From NCBI GenBank assembly GCA_964644245.1, contig CAZXUR010000002.1, positions 74,555 to 138,554 of the forward strand: a stretch of DNA of 64,000 bases. The letters are read 5' to 3'. The position numbers and the translations under genes are program-made. This DNA comes from an uncultured archaeon (lineage in GTDB: Archaea > Aenigmatarchaeota > Aenigmatarchaeia > CAZXUR01). Every line of letters begins with the position of its first letter. The first letter of the stretch is position 1. This document shows positions 63,591 to 64,000 of the stretch, piece after piece. The notes below the pieces were generated by a model, which saw nothing but the letters and a program-made list of their open reading frames with translations, did no database searches and had not been told where the DNA came from.

Positions 63591-63991
63591 ATCCTGTAGT
63601 CCGCATAGCAGTACTTGAAATCGTCAGTCACAAACACCTTTCTCCCGCTCACGAACTCTTCTAATTCGACCTTCCTGTACTCGAACTCGTCCTCTCCTGA
63701 CCAGGTGACTCTGGTCGTCCCGTCGGAAGTCCAGCAACTGGCGTTTACAGTCATGTTCAGGTTCAGGGGCATCATCACGTTGTAAAAATCGTTGAAGACG
63801 CCTTTGTCGAATTCGTCCAGAGTCTGGTTGTAGTCAGCGATGAACAGGAAATCGTTGCCCATCTGTTCGAGTCTCAGCTTGGTCCATGTGGGGTCTCCTG
63901 CCCTGAGCATGGAGAACACTGCCAGGAATATTATTCCCATGACTATGACCACTGAAAAGAACACGTCTATGGTGAAAATAATTCCTTTCAT
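63578..63991 (-). CDS. minor pilin-like protein
   Basis: MKG|IIFTIDVFFSVVIVMGIIFLAVF is a class III-like signal with a hydrophobic helix. 137 aa. Confidence 0.55.
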   Translation of the reverse strand: MKGIIFTIDVFFSVVIVMGIIFLAVFSMLRAGDPTWTKLRLEQMGNDFLFIADYNQTLDEFDKGVFNDFYNVMMPLNLNMTVNASCWTSDGTTRVTWSGEDEFEYRKVELEEFVSGRKVFVTDDFKYCYADYRIWYS

Positions 63992-64000
63992 GTTCCTACC

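Noticed and set aside
1-64000. CRISPR arrays, rRNA genes, transposases or IS elements, reverse transcriptase or DGR template/variable repeat pairs, and prophage signatures.
   Set aside because: I found no spaced direct-repeat arrays; the only tandem repeat is the 2 x 27 bp one. No rRNA-like segments, and no integrase, transposase or RT motifs in any frame I read. The only mobile element seen is the intein.

Overview
This is a gene-dense (about 95% coding) archaeal chromosomal segment. It looks like a small-genome, deep-branching or DPANN-like lineage, but I cannot name the organism from sequence alone. Archaeal housekeeping markers: the secE-spt5-L11 cluster, FtsZ, MinD, thermosome, topoisomerase VI A/B, aIF-1A, Nop5-fibrillarin, Orc1/Cdc6, and seven aminoacyl-tRNA synthetase genes (Leu, PheA/B, Trp, Gly, Ile, His). 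Accessory content: (i) a glycosylation and lipid-carrier cluster at 10.3-16.6 kb with three glycosyltransferases, a radical SAM enzyme, a methyltransferase, a UbiA-type prenyltransferase and a flippase-like protein; (ii) a large surface protein rich in N-glycosylation sequons; (iii) AOR with a diglycine beta-grasp protein, next to NifS/IscU; (iv) from 53 kb to the window end, a type IV pilus-like locus. That locus has two KaiC/ArlH-like ATPases, tandem pilins, split TadB/TadC-like platform proteins, a secretion ATPase interrupted by a 496-aa LAGLIDADG intein, and an OB/poly-lysine/wHTH protein. The strongest hand-verifiable signal is RNA-level. Five of the six tRNA genes are interrupted, by eight introns in total, and five of those introns sit at non-canonical positions (D-arm, anticodon stem 30/31, T-loop 59/60). 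I could draw strict bulge-helix-bulge motifs for most of them. There is also a tRNA-Ile with anticodon UAU. Other oddities: a CBS protein fused to an HPF/RaiA-like domain, an archaemetzincin homolog lacking all catalytic zinc ligands, an EndA homolog that appears to lack the catalytic lysine, and recurrent MAKKK-type poly-lysine tails on unrelated nucleic-acid enzymes. I saw no CRISPR array, rRNA, transposase or reverse transcriptase.
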